A DNA stretch of 64,000 nt from Candidatus Heimdallarchaeota archaeon. GTDB taxonomy: Archaea > Asgardarchaeota > Heimdallarchaeia > Hodarchaeales > Hodarchaeaceae. Positions 1-7,855 of this stretch are shown piece after piece. The number at the start of each line of letters is the position of its first letter. Within the stretch, counting starts at the first letter, position 1. Under the pieces are notes generated by a model that saw only the letters and a program-made list of their open reading frames with translations, was not told the DNA's origin and did no database searches. The stretch spans positions 96,001 through 160,000 of the forward strand of contig JBHLSH010000001.1 of assembly GCA_048881705.1 (NCBI GenBank). The letters run 5' to 3'. A program made the translations under genes and the position numbers.

Positions 1-338
1 TCTACATAAGGGTCCGTCAAAACACCGAGAAAAGCAATACTCCCCACTGCTCGAATGAAGAATTTAAAATTCTCGCTCTCGGAAGTGAGTGAAACCCAAG
101 GTGAAGACCCTATTTCCCGACCAATCGTTACCATATTGGCGTTTATTCCCGCTACCAAGGAACAGAGAATTAAACTGCTTTCTTTCCCCAAAGTTCCTTC
201 TAAATTTATTTCCTCGATTAATAGTCCATCTGTATCAATGATGGTTACGGCATGAATCCCATTTAGCGAATTTACGATATCCTGAAGAACATCCTGGAGA
301 TTTTTGGTAAAACCTGCATTATTATTGGAGAGAGGCAC
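1..338 (-). CDS. Roadblock/LC7 (MglB-like) domain protein, runs off the window edge; absent from the ORF track
   Basis: Manual translation from GTG at 338: VPLSNNNAGFTKNLQDVLQDIVNSLNGIHAVTIIDTDGLLIEE...SLILCSLVAGINANMVTIGREIG...VSLTSESENFKFFIRAVGSIAFLGVLTDPYV. This is the roadblock helix/beta/DxDG/helix/beta pattern, with no stop before base 1. Confidence 0.85.
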   Translation of the reverse strand, partial: MPLSNNNAGFTKNLQDVLQDIVNSLNGIHAVTIIDTDGLLIEEINLEGTLGKESSLILCSLVAGINANMVTIGREIGSSPWVSLTSESENFKFFIRAVGSIAFLGVLTDPYV

Positions 339-373
339 GGCCTTTCAACCTGTCAAAGAAAGGGTTTATTAGT

Positions 374-675
374 GGAACAGACCAGATCTCGAGACATCCA
401 CGAATGATTGGCTGAACTTGGGTTTGTTCACGACCCGAGTCCGAACAGCGTAAACCCGCGATCTTAGAGCTGTTGCCTTCCGGCCCTGACCCAGTTTAAT
501 CTACCCTTCTTGCTCTTCTCTCCAGAAGAGCCTCGGGAAGAGCCCACCTGTCCGGGGAGCCGATCATTACAAATTCCAAGGAACCTCACACTGATTCAAT
601 CCCTCAATCTGGGATTCCGCTCGTCTTATAGCCTTCCGATATAGCCAGGAGGCTACCCTGGCCGCCTACTGTTCC
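374..675 (-). ncRNA. ffs: Archaeal SRP RNA (7S) with Alu and S domains
   Basis: Minus strand has the helix-8 motif GGUCAGGGCC-GGAA-GGCAACAGC and helix 6 CUCUUCU-GGAG-AGAAGAG. The termini pair (GGAACAG at 675-669 with CUGUUCC at 380-374). The Alu loops are complementary (GUAGCCU at 656-650, AGGCUAU at 634-628). Length is about 302 nt. Confidence 0.93.
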
Positions 676-862
676 GTAATGTTCGTAAATCGAGCGCGTT
701 TAACACCTTTTTGGAAGTGGTTTTATAATATAACTATAATATGGTCAATGGCCACCCCATCTTTGGGGGAGATAACTTTTTTAAGTGTTGTTGTTGTTGG
801 TCGTCACGACCAACACACGAGAATTTATCCACATGTTATTGTGTTTTGGGTGAAAATTCGAT

Positions 863-1141
863 TTGAATCAAGCCAAATTTGTCGAAAAAAGCATTCAAAC
901 TGATCTCTGTGGCATGCTAGAGCAGTTGCCTATTCCCCCTAGTGCAAAGAAGGTGTATACAGTTCTTCATAGAGAAGGTCCCCTTACCTCGGGAGATCTT
1001 GAAACACGTTGTTCTTATTCAGATAGAACGATCCGAAACGCTCTGAAACGTTTGATTAACTTGGGAGTCGTACGCAAGGTTGCAAATTTCCAAGATATGC
1101 GCACCTCCCTTTTCCATGTTCTTTCTAATCCAGCTGCTTAG
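863..1141 (+). CDS. Small archaeal winged-helix DNA-binding protein (MarR/Lrp-like)
   Basis: PPSAKKVYTVLHREGPLT...SDRTIRNALKRL...DMRTSLF matches the archaeal PPSAK...GPL...RTVRYAL...DAR pattern; paralog at 29545-29829. Confidence 0.8.
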   Translation: MNQAKFVEKSIQTDLCGMLEQLPIPPSAKKVYTVLHREGPLTSGDLETRCSYSDRTIRNALKRLINLGVVRKVANFQDMRTSLFHVLSNPAA

Positions 1142-1184
1142 GCACATAAGCTTTCATTAAGTATTTACTTTTTTTATTGGGTCA

Positions 1185-1799
1185 TCAAGTATTAAAAAGT
1201 TTCATTCCGTATAAATCCCAGAGGGTTTTCCAAACCCAATTGATGGGCAGTCCAACCACGTTATAGAAATCTCCGCGAATTGATTTTGCAAGCATTGCTC
1301 CCATACCCTGGATTGCATAGGCGCCCGCTCTGCCTTGCCATTCGTTGGTATCAAGGTAAAGTCTTATCTCTTCACGCGAAAGGTAGCGAAATTCAACTTC
1401 CGTGGATTCCACGGTCTGATAGCGCTTTCCGCCAGGATATACAACTATACATACCCCTGTCAACACATTATGTCGCTTTCCCGAAAGTCGGGCTAGCATT
1501 TGCCTGGCTTCGTCACGGTTCTTCGGTTTTCCAAGCGTTTGGCCTGTTATATCTAGAACGATTGTATCACATCCAATCACAGCAAAGGAAATCTTTCCTG
1601 ATTCCACCGTGAACTGCTGAGCGGCAACATTTTCTGCTTTTTTGCAGGAAAGCTGAAGTAGGTAGGTCCTAGGGTCAATCTCTGGAGAATCTTCTTTTAT
1701 TTGACTCGGAACGACCCGAAACGGTATAGCAAGCTGGGAAAGAAGGGTTTTTCGGGCTGGGGATCTACTGGCCAGAATAAGTACAGGAGTTGAAGTCAA
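1185..1799 (-). CDS. maf: Maf family nucleoside triphosphate pyrophosphatase
   Basis: LILASRSPARK, GCDTIV, GKP, LSGKRH and GRAGAYAIQG...GDFYNVVGLP motifs. Confidence 0.95.
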   Translation of the reverse strand: MTSTPVLILASRSPARKTLLSQLAIPFRVVPSQIKEDSPEIDPRTYLLQLSCKKAENVAAQQFTVESGKISFAVIGCDTIVLDITGQTLGKPKNRDEARQMLARLSGKRHNVLTGVCIVVYPGGKRYQTVESTEVEFRYLSREEIRLYLDTNEWQGRAGAYAIQGMGAMLAKSIRGDFYNVVGLPINWVWKTLWDLYGMKLFNT

Positions 1800-1996
1800 T
1801 ATCTATGGCCCTCTTATGTAATTTAGGCATTTCGCAGAGCTATTATGAAGTAGGTCAGGAAGAAAAAAGATAAGCTATTTGTGATTTCTTACAATTATTA
1901 CCTACAGCATGACCTGTCTTTATAGTACAGTGCCCAAATGGCTAGATACATTTTGTTCGATTAATATAGTATAAAACGGCTAACTTATCGGAATAG

Positions 1997-3214
1997 ATGG
2001 CAAACTGTATGACTGATCAGATCACAGAAAAAAAATCCTTGGATATTAGCCGCATTGCCAATCGCATGTCCCAGATACGACCATCGGGATTGCGAAAGCT
2101 CTTTGATTTAGAAAGAGAGATTTCGCCTTCAATAAAACGTAAAGTTCTATCTTTTGGTCTCGGTAATTTGAATATTCCAGTCCACGATGCCATAATTAGG
2201 CAATTGAAGGCGGTTTTGGATGATCCCGTTTCCCATCGTTATAGCAGTAATGCTGGAATATGGGAACTTCGAGAACAGCTTGTAAAGAAATATGACGATA
2301 TTTACGGCATTACTTATGCTGCCGATCAATTTGTGGTTACCGCTGGAGCCTTGGAAGCATTAATGGATACTTTTCTCGCCTTGATCAATCCTGGAGATGA
2401 GGTACTAATTCCAATCCCGGCATTCGGGTACTTCGCTAATCACATCCGATTAGCTGGTGGAAAAACCCGTACCATTGAAACAAACAGTAAATTTGAACTG
2501 GATCCCGATGTGGTCAACGAAGCTATTACCCCACGGACGAAAGCTTTGGTACTTAACTTCCCAAATAATCCTACGGGAAGTGTTATGGATAGTAGCCAAA
2601 TTCGAGCAATAGTAGAAACAGCAGCAGATAAAGGCATCCTTGTAATCTCTGATGAATCCTACGAATACATTACTTATGAAGGGCATAAACATACATGCGC
2701 TTCGGAATTTTCTCTCGAAAATGTGCTCGTAGTCTCATCTTTCTCCAAAACCTATGCAATGACTGGGTTCCGAGTTGGATATGTTGTTGGGCCAAGGACG
2801 TTAATTCCCCATATTTTGCTTCTCCATCAACACAACACAGCGTGTACGACCACGGTTTCCCAGTATGCTGCCAAAATAGCCTTGGAATCTCCCCCGTCCA
2901 TTCGTGAAACTTTGGTTCAAGAGCTGGCCGCACGAAGATTAGCCACCATTGATGCGTTTACATCGATAGATGGAATCGAGCTGAACTATGCTCCAAAGGG
3001 AGCTTTCTACATATTTCCTGATGTCAGCGGTACAGGAATGGATGGAACAGAGTTTTCTGAATATCTTCTTAAACATGCACAAGTTGTGGTTGTTCCAGGC
3101 GAGGAATTTGGCGTCATTGGAAAAAACCACGTACGAGTGGCCTATGGATTTCTTGAAGTATCTGAAATCAATGAGGCAGGAAAACGCATCCATGATGTGT
3201 TTGCCAATGGTTGA
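1997..3214 (+). CDS. PLP-dependent aminotransferase class I/II (aspartate aminotransferase-like); start may be 2009
   Basis: NFPNNPTG, DESY, SFSKTYAMTGFRVG (PLP lysine) and GAFYIFP motifs. Confidence 0.93.
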   Translation: MANCMTDQITEKKSLDISRIANRMSQIRPSGLRKLFDLEREISPSIKRKVLSFGLGNLNIPVHDAIIRQLKAVLDDPVSHRYSSNAGIWELREQLVKKYDDIYGITYAADQFVVTAGALEALMDTFLALINPGDEVLIPIPAFGYFANHIRLAGGKTRTIETNSKFELDPDVVNEAITPRTKALVLNFPNNPTGSVMDSSQIRAIVETAADKGILVISDESYEYITYEGHKHTCASEFSLENVLVVSSFSKTYAMTGFRVGYVVGPRTLIPHILLLHQHNTACTTTVSQYAAKIALESPPSIRETLVQELAARRLATIDAFTSIDGIELNYAPKGAFYIFPDVSGTGMDGTEFSEYLLKHAQVVVVPGEEFGVIGKNHVRVAYGFLEVSEINEAGKRIHDVFANG

Positions 3215-3330
3215 AATCTCCCAAATGGTCTCAATCAAATCCCATCCTCAGCCATTTTAAACAATCGAATTTATACTTACCAGATAAGGAATCAGTATAC
3301 CTTACTGAACAAGAGCAGATAGTGGAAAAT

Positions 3331-4647
3331 ATGAGCAAAAGTAGAGCCTTAATCCTTAAAGCTGACGAATTGCCGACCAAGTGGTATAATGTTGTGCCAG
3401 ACTTACCAGAATCTCTTCCACCACCGAAGGATCCCCCAGAGGGGTATTCAAGAGTTAAAGACCTGCCAAATATGCTTTTAAAGGAATGCCTGAACCAAGA
3501 AATGTCAGATAAGCGGTGGTTTGACATTCCTGATGGAATACGAGAACTCTTCTTGGCAGCTGGTCGACCAAGACCTTTGTACCGGGCAAAGAATCTGGAA
3601 GCAAAACTGGGAACACCAGCCAAGCTCTATTTCAAATCCGAGTTTTTCAGTCCAACAGGAAGCCATAAGGTCAATACCGCCCTGGTGCAAGCCTATTATG
3701 CCAAAAAAGAAGGATTTGAAAGACTTACAACTGAAACAGGGGCAGGACAATGGGGAAATGCGCTCGCTTATGCTGCAAGTCTAAATGATTTAGAATGTAC
3801 GGTTTTTTGGGTCCGGGCCGTCTATCGGTGGAAAGAGCAAAGACGCAAGTTTATGCAGTTGTACGGAGCGGATGTATATGCTTCACCCAGTAAAAAAACG
3901 GAATTCGGTAACAAGCTCTATAAGGAAAATCCCAACCACAACGGATCTCTCGGAATTGCCATCTCAGAGGGCCTGGAAGAAGCAAAGAAATCCCCGGATG
4001 CGGTGTATTGTCTTGGTTCAGTTTTGAATCATGTCTTAATGCATCAGACTATAATTGGACTCGAGACTAAGAAGCAGTTTGAGATGGCGGGCGAATATCC
4101 TGACATGGTGATTTCATGTCTTGGTGGAGGTAGTAACTTTGGAGGTATCGCTATTCCTTTTTTGCATGATGTTCTCGCAAAAAAGTCAGAAATAACGTTC
4201 ATTGCTGCTCAAAGCCAAACAGCTCCCAATTTACAAGGAGAATACAAATACGATTTCGCCGACCACGCCGAAATGACCCCTATGCTTAAAATGTATACCT
4301 TGGGTCATCAAGTAACCATGCTACCCATAAAAGGAGACGGTTTACGATATCATGGGTGTGCTCCAATTCTGAGTTTATTAAGGCATCATGGATATATTGA
4401 TACCGTAGCATATCCACCAGAAGAGAAATACGTGTTTGAACGAGCAAAAGAATTCGTTCGAGCCGAAGGCTTCTTACCTGCACCGGAATCTGCGTACAGC
4501 ATTGCTTGTGCCATTGATGAGGCAATAAAATGTAAGAAAGAAAAAGAGGAGAAAACGATTCTTTTTAACGTCAGTGGTCATGGTTTCATGGATATGGACG
4601 GGTATGCAGAGATCCTTGGTTTGAAAGGAAACCCCGAAAAGTCATAG
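3331..4647 (+). CDS. trpB2: TrpB-like PLP enzyme (TrpB2, tryptophan synthase beta chain 2)
   Basis: LPTKWYN, GSHKVNTA, TTETGAGQWG, GSVLNHV, GGGSNFGG, GLRYHG and NVSGHG motifs. ATG at 3331 preferred over the track start at 3211, which overlaps the upstream gene. No trpA nearby. Confidence 0.93.
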   Translation: MSKSRALILKADELPTKWYNVVPDLPESLPPPKDPPEGYSRVKDLPNMLLKECLNQEMSDKRWFDIPDGIRELFLAAGRPRPLYRAKNLEAKLGTPAKLYFKSEFFSPTGSHKVNTALVQAYYAKKEGFERLTTETGAGQWGNALAYAASLNDLECTVFWVRAVYRWKEQRRKFMQLYGADVYASPSKKTEFGNKLYKENPNHNGSLGIAISEGLEEAKKSPDAVYCLGSVLNHVLMHQTIIGLETKKQFEMAGEYPDMVISCLGGGSNFGGIAIPFLHDVLAKKSEITFIAAQSQTAPNLQGEYKYDFADHAEMTPMLKMYTLGHQVTMLPIKGDGLRYHGCAPILSLLRHHGYIDTVAYPPEEKYVFERAKEFVRAEGFLPAPESAYSIACAIDEAIKCKKEKEEKTILFNVSGHGFMDMDGYAEILGLKGNPEKS

Positions 4648-4661
4648 GATGAGTATGGATT

Positions 4662-4766
4662 CTATACCATGTGGCGTTCCCGTAGAACAGTCTTTCCTTT
4701 ATCTTTAACATCTACTCCCTTCAGACAAAAAGGGAAGCAGTCACGGAACGCTGCATGGTACTATAG
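4662..4766 (+). other. Long imperfect hairpin or structured RNA element between convergent trpB2 and the zinc-ribbon gene
   Basis: 4665-4680 UACCAUGUGGCGUUCC pairs fully with 4745-4760 GGAACGCUGCAUGGUA (two G-U pairs). There is an inner UCCCUU/AAGGGA hairpin and an outer CUAUA/UAUAG extension. Confidence 0.55.
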
Positions 4767-4835
4767 TGCGAGAGAATGTCTCTACCCTCAAGCAATTCCT
4801 CCCCGAAAACCTTGATTAAATCACACTCTAAATGA

Positions 4836-5042
4836 TTAGGAAATCAGCCTGCGAGATATGAAATCAGAAAGTTTTCTCGGAGTTCGGGTCACAAACGCAT
4901 CCATGCCACATTCGCTACACTTGAGGCGTAGAGTATTGTGGTTAACGATGGTCGAAACCGTATGAGTTGTACAGAACGGACAAACTAACTCACGTTCTGC
5001 TTGATGGTGCAGATCCACATTTTCTTCTATTTCAACTGTCAT
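4836..5042 (-). CDS. Small zinc-ribbon protein (CPFC-x17-CSEC)
   Basis: Two CxxC knuckles; strong GGAGGT Shine-Dalgarno at 5054-5049 ahead of the ATG. Confidence 0.8.
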   Translation of the reverse strand: MTVEIEENVDLHHQAERELVCPFCTTHTVSTIVNHNTLRLKCSECGMDAFVTRTPRKLSDFISRRLIS

Positions 5043-5069
5043 GGTTTAACCTCCTGTTTTGATGAGGGT

Positions 5070-5179
5070 GGAAAACCTTCCTTCGAGGAATTTGTTTTCC
5101 GATACAGATATACTGTATCACGCCGACCGTCAGTCGGGAAACCTATGCCGGGTTGGCCGTGTAGGAAAGAACTTCCCAC
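5070..5179 (-). promoter_or_regulatory. Structured 5' leader (four adjacent hairpins) of the zinc-ribbon gene
   Basis: Stems at 5070-5076/5094-5100, 5101-5107/5113-5119, 5123-5127/5133-5137 and 5161-5167/5173-5179. A TATA-like TTTAAATA lies about 25 nt upstream on the minus strand. Confidence 0.5.
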
Positions 5180-5190
5180 TAGGTAATGAT

Positions 5191-5252
5191 GTAATACATT
5201 ACGATATTTAAATATTTATGGGTAATTAATCCCTGATAATGTAATTTATTAC
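5191..5252. promoter_or_regulatory. Palindromic TATA-like element flanked by two GTAAT-N2-ATTAC inverted repeats (candidate operators)
   Basis: GTAATACATTAC at 5191-5202, ATATTTAAATAT at 5204-5215, GTAATTTATTAC at 5241-5252, and a degenerate GTAATTAATCC at 5222-5232. Confidence 0.55.
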
Positions 5253-5450
5253 ACCAATGACCGAAGAATTGCGCTTTTCAAGAGGAAGTATTATGGTTTA
5301 AATCAAAGATTATGCGATCTTCTTCAAATAACGTGGCTTAAAACATTTTCCATAGCGGTTTCAGGTAAAAATCTTGCCTTAGTAGTGACATTCATGTTTG
5401 GATATCTAGAAGTGGCAATAAGAGCTTTTATTATGGACAGTGGATAAATA

Positions 5451-6167
5451 ATGGCTTCATACAAACCATTGAAGTGGCGCCCGTACGTCATACTTTCAGC
5501 AGCCGCTAGTTTGGACGGCAAACTGGCAACAGACGCGGGAGACACAAACCTCTCGACAAAAAACGATTGGAAAAGGGTTCATCTCCTACGAATGGAATCT
5601 GATGCAATCATGGTTGGTGGTGGGACAATCCGAAAGGATGACTCTAAATTGGTTGTTGATCCAAAAAAATCAGGTTCTCCAATATCACGGCAACCTATTC
5701 GCGTTGTTGTCAGTGCAACAGGGAATATCCCCCTCGATGCTAGGGTGATCACTCATGATCCAATCGTTCCCACGTTAATTGCCGTTACATCAAATTGCTC
5801 TGCTAGACAGGTTAAAAAACTCGAGGATGTTGGATGTCAGGTCATCCATTGTGGCAATGAACGCTCTGTAGATCTGTCTCTGCTCCTGAGCATCTTAAAA
5901 ACTAAGTTTATGGTGAATCGTTTAATGTTGGAAGGTGGAGGAAGACTGAATGGATCTATGCTGTCTTTAAAATTGATAGATGAACTTCAAATAGCATATG
6001 CCCCGGTTATTGCGGGAAACGGTGTTTCATTATTCGAATTTTCCCAATCATTTCAAGATTTCTCTGAATCCCCATTTTTTGAGATAATCACTTCTAGACG
6101 GATCGATGACATGCTCTGGATCCACTTTAAAGTTCATTATACTCCACGGCAGCTTATCTGCTTATAA
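5451..6167 (+). CDS. RibD C-terminal-type reductase (archaeal riboflavin-pathway pyrimidine reductase-like)
   Basis: PYVILSAAASLDGKLA, DAIMVGGGTIRKDD and MLEGGGRLNGSML...IDEL motifs; no deaminase domain. Confidence 0.88.
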   Translation: MASYKPLKWRPYVILSAAASLDGKLATDAGDTNLSTKNDWKRVHLLRMESDAIMVGGGTIRKDDSKLVVDPKKSGSPISRQPIRVVVSATGNIPLDARVITHDPIVPTLIAVTSNCSARQVKKLEDVGCQVIHCGNERSVDLSLLLSILKTKFMVNRLMLEGGGRLNGSMLSLKLIDELQIAYAPVIAGNGVSLFEFSQSFQDFSESPFFEIITSRRIDDMLWIHFKVHYTPRQLICL

Positions 6168-6173
6168 TTTCAA

Positions 6174-7058
6174 TTAAATGAGAAAGAGGTTTAATACGAG
6201 CACCGCTCCAGAATAGATGACCGAGATTATCACGGGCTGATTTCCTTCTGGAACCATTGACTTAACCCCCCAGTACACCATTAAACCTCCCCAAATGAGC
6301 ACACCAATACCGATCCCGAGTAGAATCAATTCAGCGAAGCCCGAAACGGCAGGTATAGCGATTTTTTGGATATCCTCAGAAGTTCTAAGGACTACTGTCA
6401 TTTCTGAGACAAAAAACCAGTTATAACCGATATCAACTATCTGTCCTACGAATTGTGGCACAGATGCCCATCCTGTAATGGTTGCTGCTGTTTTAAAGTT
6501 CCGTCGATGAGAGGAAACTGCAGGGGCTACTACAGCCATAAGCAGGTAGAGAATTACACTATCAACCAGCCATGATATAATAGGGCCAAGTACGGAGAGA
6601 ATGATAAAGGTGAACCGTAGGTAGGACTCAAAATCAAATTCATCATAGAAGCTGGCTGGTAGATCAACTCCGGCTATATTTTGATAGAATTCTGGAAAAA
6701 TAGTCATTCTAAGCTTTGAGAGGAAAACAGCCATCGATACTCCCGCAAGAATTCCTATCAACAAGCTCAAGAAAAAGGGGTGTTTGTAGTTTGGTCTTTC
6801 CACGATTTTCGGCATTTCTTTTTGAGGGGTGATAATCACACCTTGAAAATATTGTAAAAACGGAAGAGGGGGTTCCGTGTGGCTCATTGCTGGCCTGGAG
6901 GTAATGTAATATGGAGATGCTGGAATTTGAGAAAGCGATTGGGGTCCTAACTTTGGTACTGGAGCTCCACAGTGTGCACAGAAAGCGGCACCAGGCAAGA
7001 GTTCTTTTCCACAAGATCCACAGTATTTGGGAGAGGTAGTATCGGAATTCATCGCCAT
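6174..7058 (-). CDS. Zinc-ribbon plus Yip1-domain membrane protein
   Basis: N-terminal CGSC...CAHC ribbon. Then GVIITPQKEMPKI and about five hydrophobic helices, with F..AATITGWASVP and WGGLMVYWGVK patterns typical of Yip1 domains. ATG at 7058 chosen. Confidence 0.7.
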   Translation of the reverse strand: MAMNSDTTSPKYCGSCGKELLPGAAFCAHCGAPVPKLGPQSLSQIPASPYYITSRPAMSHTEPPLPFLQYFQGVIITPQKEMPKIVERPNYKHPFFLSLLIGILAGVSMAVFLSKLRMTIFPEFYQNIAGVDLPASFYDEFDFESYLRFTFIILSVLGPIISWLVDSVILYLLMAVVAPAVSSHRRNFKTAATITGWASVPQFVGQIVDIGYNWFFVSEMTVVLRTSEDIQKIAIPAVSGFAELILLGIGIGVLIWGGLMVYWGVKSMVPEGNQPVIISVIYSGAVLVLNLFLI

Positions 7059-7174
7059 AGTTCCACTTTCAAAGCATGCTGGTAACAACAGTTTGTGTTA
7101 TATCGATAATAATCACAAGGATTCGAACAATCACCTATCGTCCTGCATAGAATCAATTACCAGAGGCGCAGGAA

Positions 7175-7504
7175 CTAAACAGCACGCTCCTTTAAAACCA
7201 CAATAGTAAAGCCAGCTGTCTCATCTGGTGTAATGATGATTTCAGATTGGGGCATTTCGACATAAACGCTTTGTAATTTTCCATGTTCAAGAGCATCAGA
7301 GACACTCCTGACCTTTTTTACCAAAGCTGCTACATGAGCTGAAACCCGTTCTGCATCTGATTGAGGAAGATTAGACTGCAGAGGAAGCCCTTCTTCATCA
7401 CAAACTAGTATTCCCTTAACCCCACGGCGAGCTGCAAGTCGTTTGATAGTATTTTGAAGGATGGTCGGCATGCTATATTTATCTGAAGACATTAGATCAA
7501 TCAC
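7175..7504 (-). CDS. Roadblock/LC7 protein, dynein light chain roadblock (DYNLRB)-like
   Basis: TIKRLAARRGVKGILVCDEEGLPLQS...EIIITPD resembles DYNLRB TLKRL...KGVQGIIVVNTEGIPIKS...EIMVAPD. Confidence 0.88.
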   Translation of the reverse strand: MIDLMSSDKYSMPTILQNTIKRLAARRGVKGILVCDEEGLPLQSNLPQSDAERVSAHVAALVKKVRSVSDALEHGKLQSVYVEMPQSEIIITPDETAGFTIVVLKERAV

Positions 7505-7507
7505 ACT

Positions 7508-7855
7508 CTATCTATTGGCTGTCAATGACATTTTGGTGCTATCTCGCTTCACCAAGGCAATTATAATGATCTCAGAATCATAATCAGGTATAATTTCGAC
7601 ATCTCCTGCCTCTAGTTCCAATCTGATGCTTCGTGCAACCTCCTGGGAGATTTCTTGCGAAATATATCGGATCCTACCAACCAAGGACGCCACTTGTGCC
7701 GCTACGTTCTCAGTATCTTCTGGGGGAAGACTACTTTGTAGTGGTAAACCGTCAGTATCGCTTAATACTGCTCCATAGACACCCTTATGTTTACCGACGC
7801 TACTAATTACTCTTTCTAACGCTTGCTGTGACAGGTATCCTGCTTCATGGGACAT
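7508..7855 (-). CDS. Roadblock/LC7 protein, DYNLRB-like paralog
   Basis: KHKGVYGAVLSDTDGLPLQS...VASLVGRIR...SIRLELEAGDVEIIPD. ATG at 7855 chosen; 3 nt from the next gene. Confidence 0.88.
   Translation of the reverse strand: MSHEAGYLSQQALERVISSVGKHKGVYGAVLSDTDGLPLQSSLPPEDTENVAAQVASLVGRIRYISQEISQEVARSIRLELEAGDVEIIPDYDSEIIIIALVKRDSTKMSLTANR

Noticed and set aside
55-255. Plus-strand 66-aa ORF and most other short antisense or nested ORFs in the track (e.g. 1280-1612, 14002-14310, 40076-40510, 59996-60403)
   Set aside because: They are shadows of well-supported genes on the opposite strand or in another frame, with no recognisable motifs.
3211-3330. N-terminal extension of TrpB2 in the ORF track
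   Set aside because: It overlaps the upstream stop, and family similarity starts near the ATG at 3331.
4662-4766. Hairpin as 5S rRNA, tRNA, SECIS or C/D box sRNA
   Set aside because: No 5S or tRNA consensus, no convincing AUGA/GA quartet with an in-frame UGA gene, and no paired C and D boxes.
5100-5145. Resemblance to FMN riboswitch fragments (TTCCCGAC..CGGT on the minus strand; GCCGAC..AGTC on the plus strand) near a RibD-like gene
   Set aside because: Only short fragments match, the two-half FMN architecture and terminal motifs are absent, and the element lies over 300 nt from ribD, better placed as the leader of the opposite gene.
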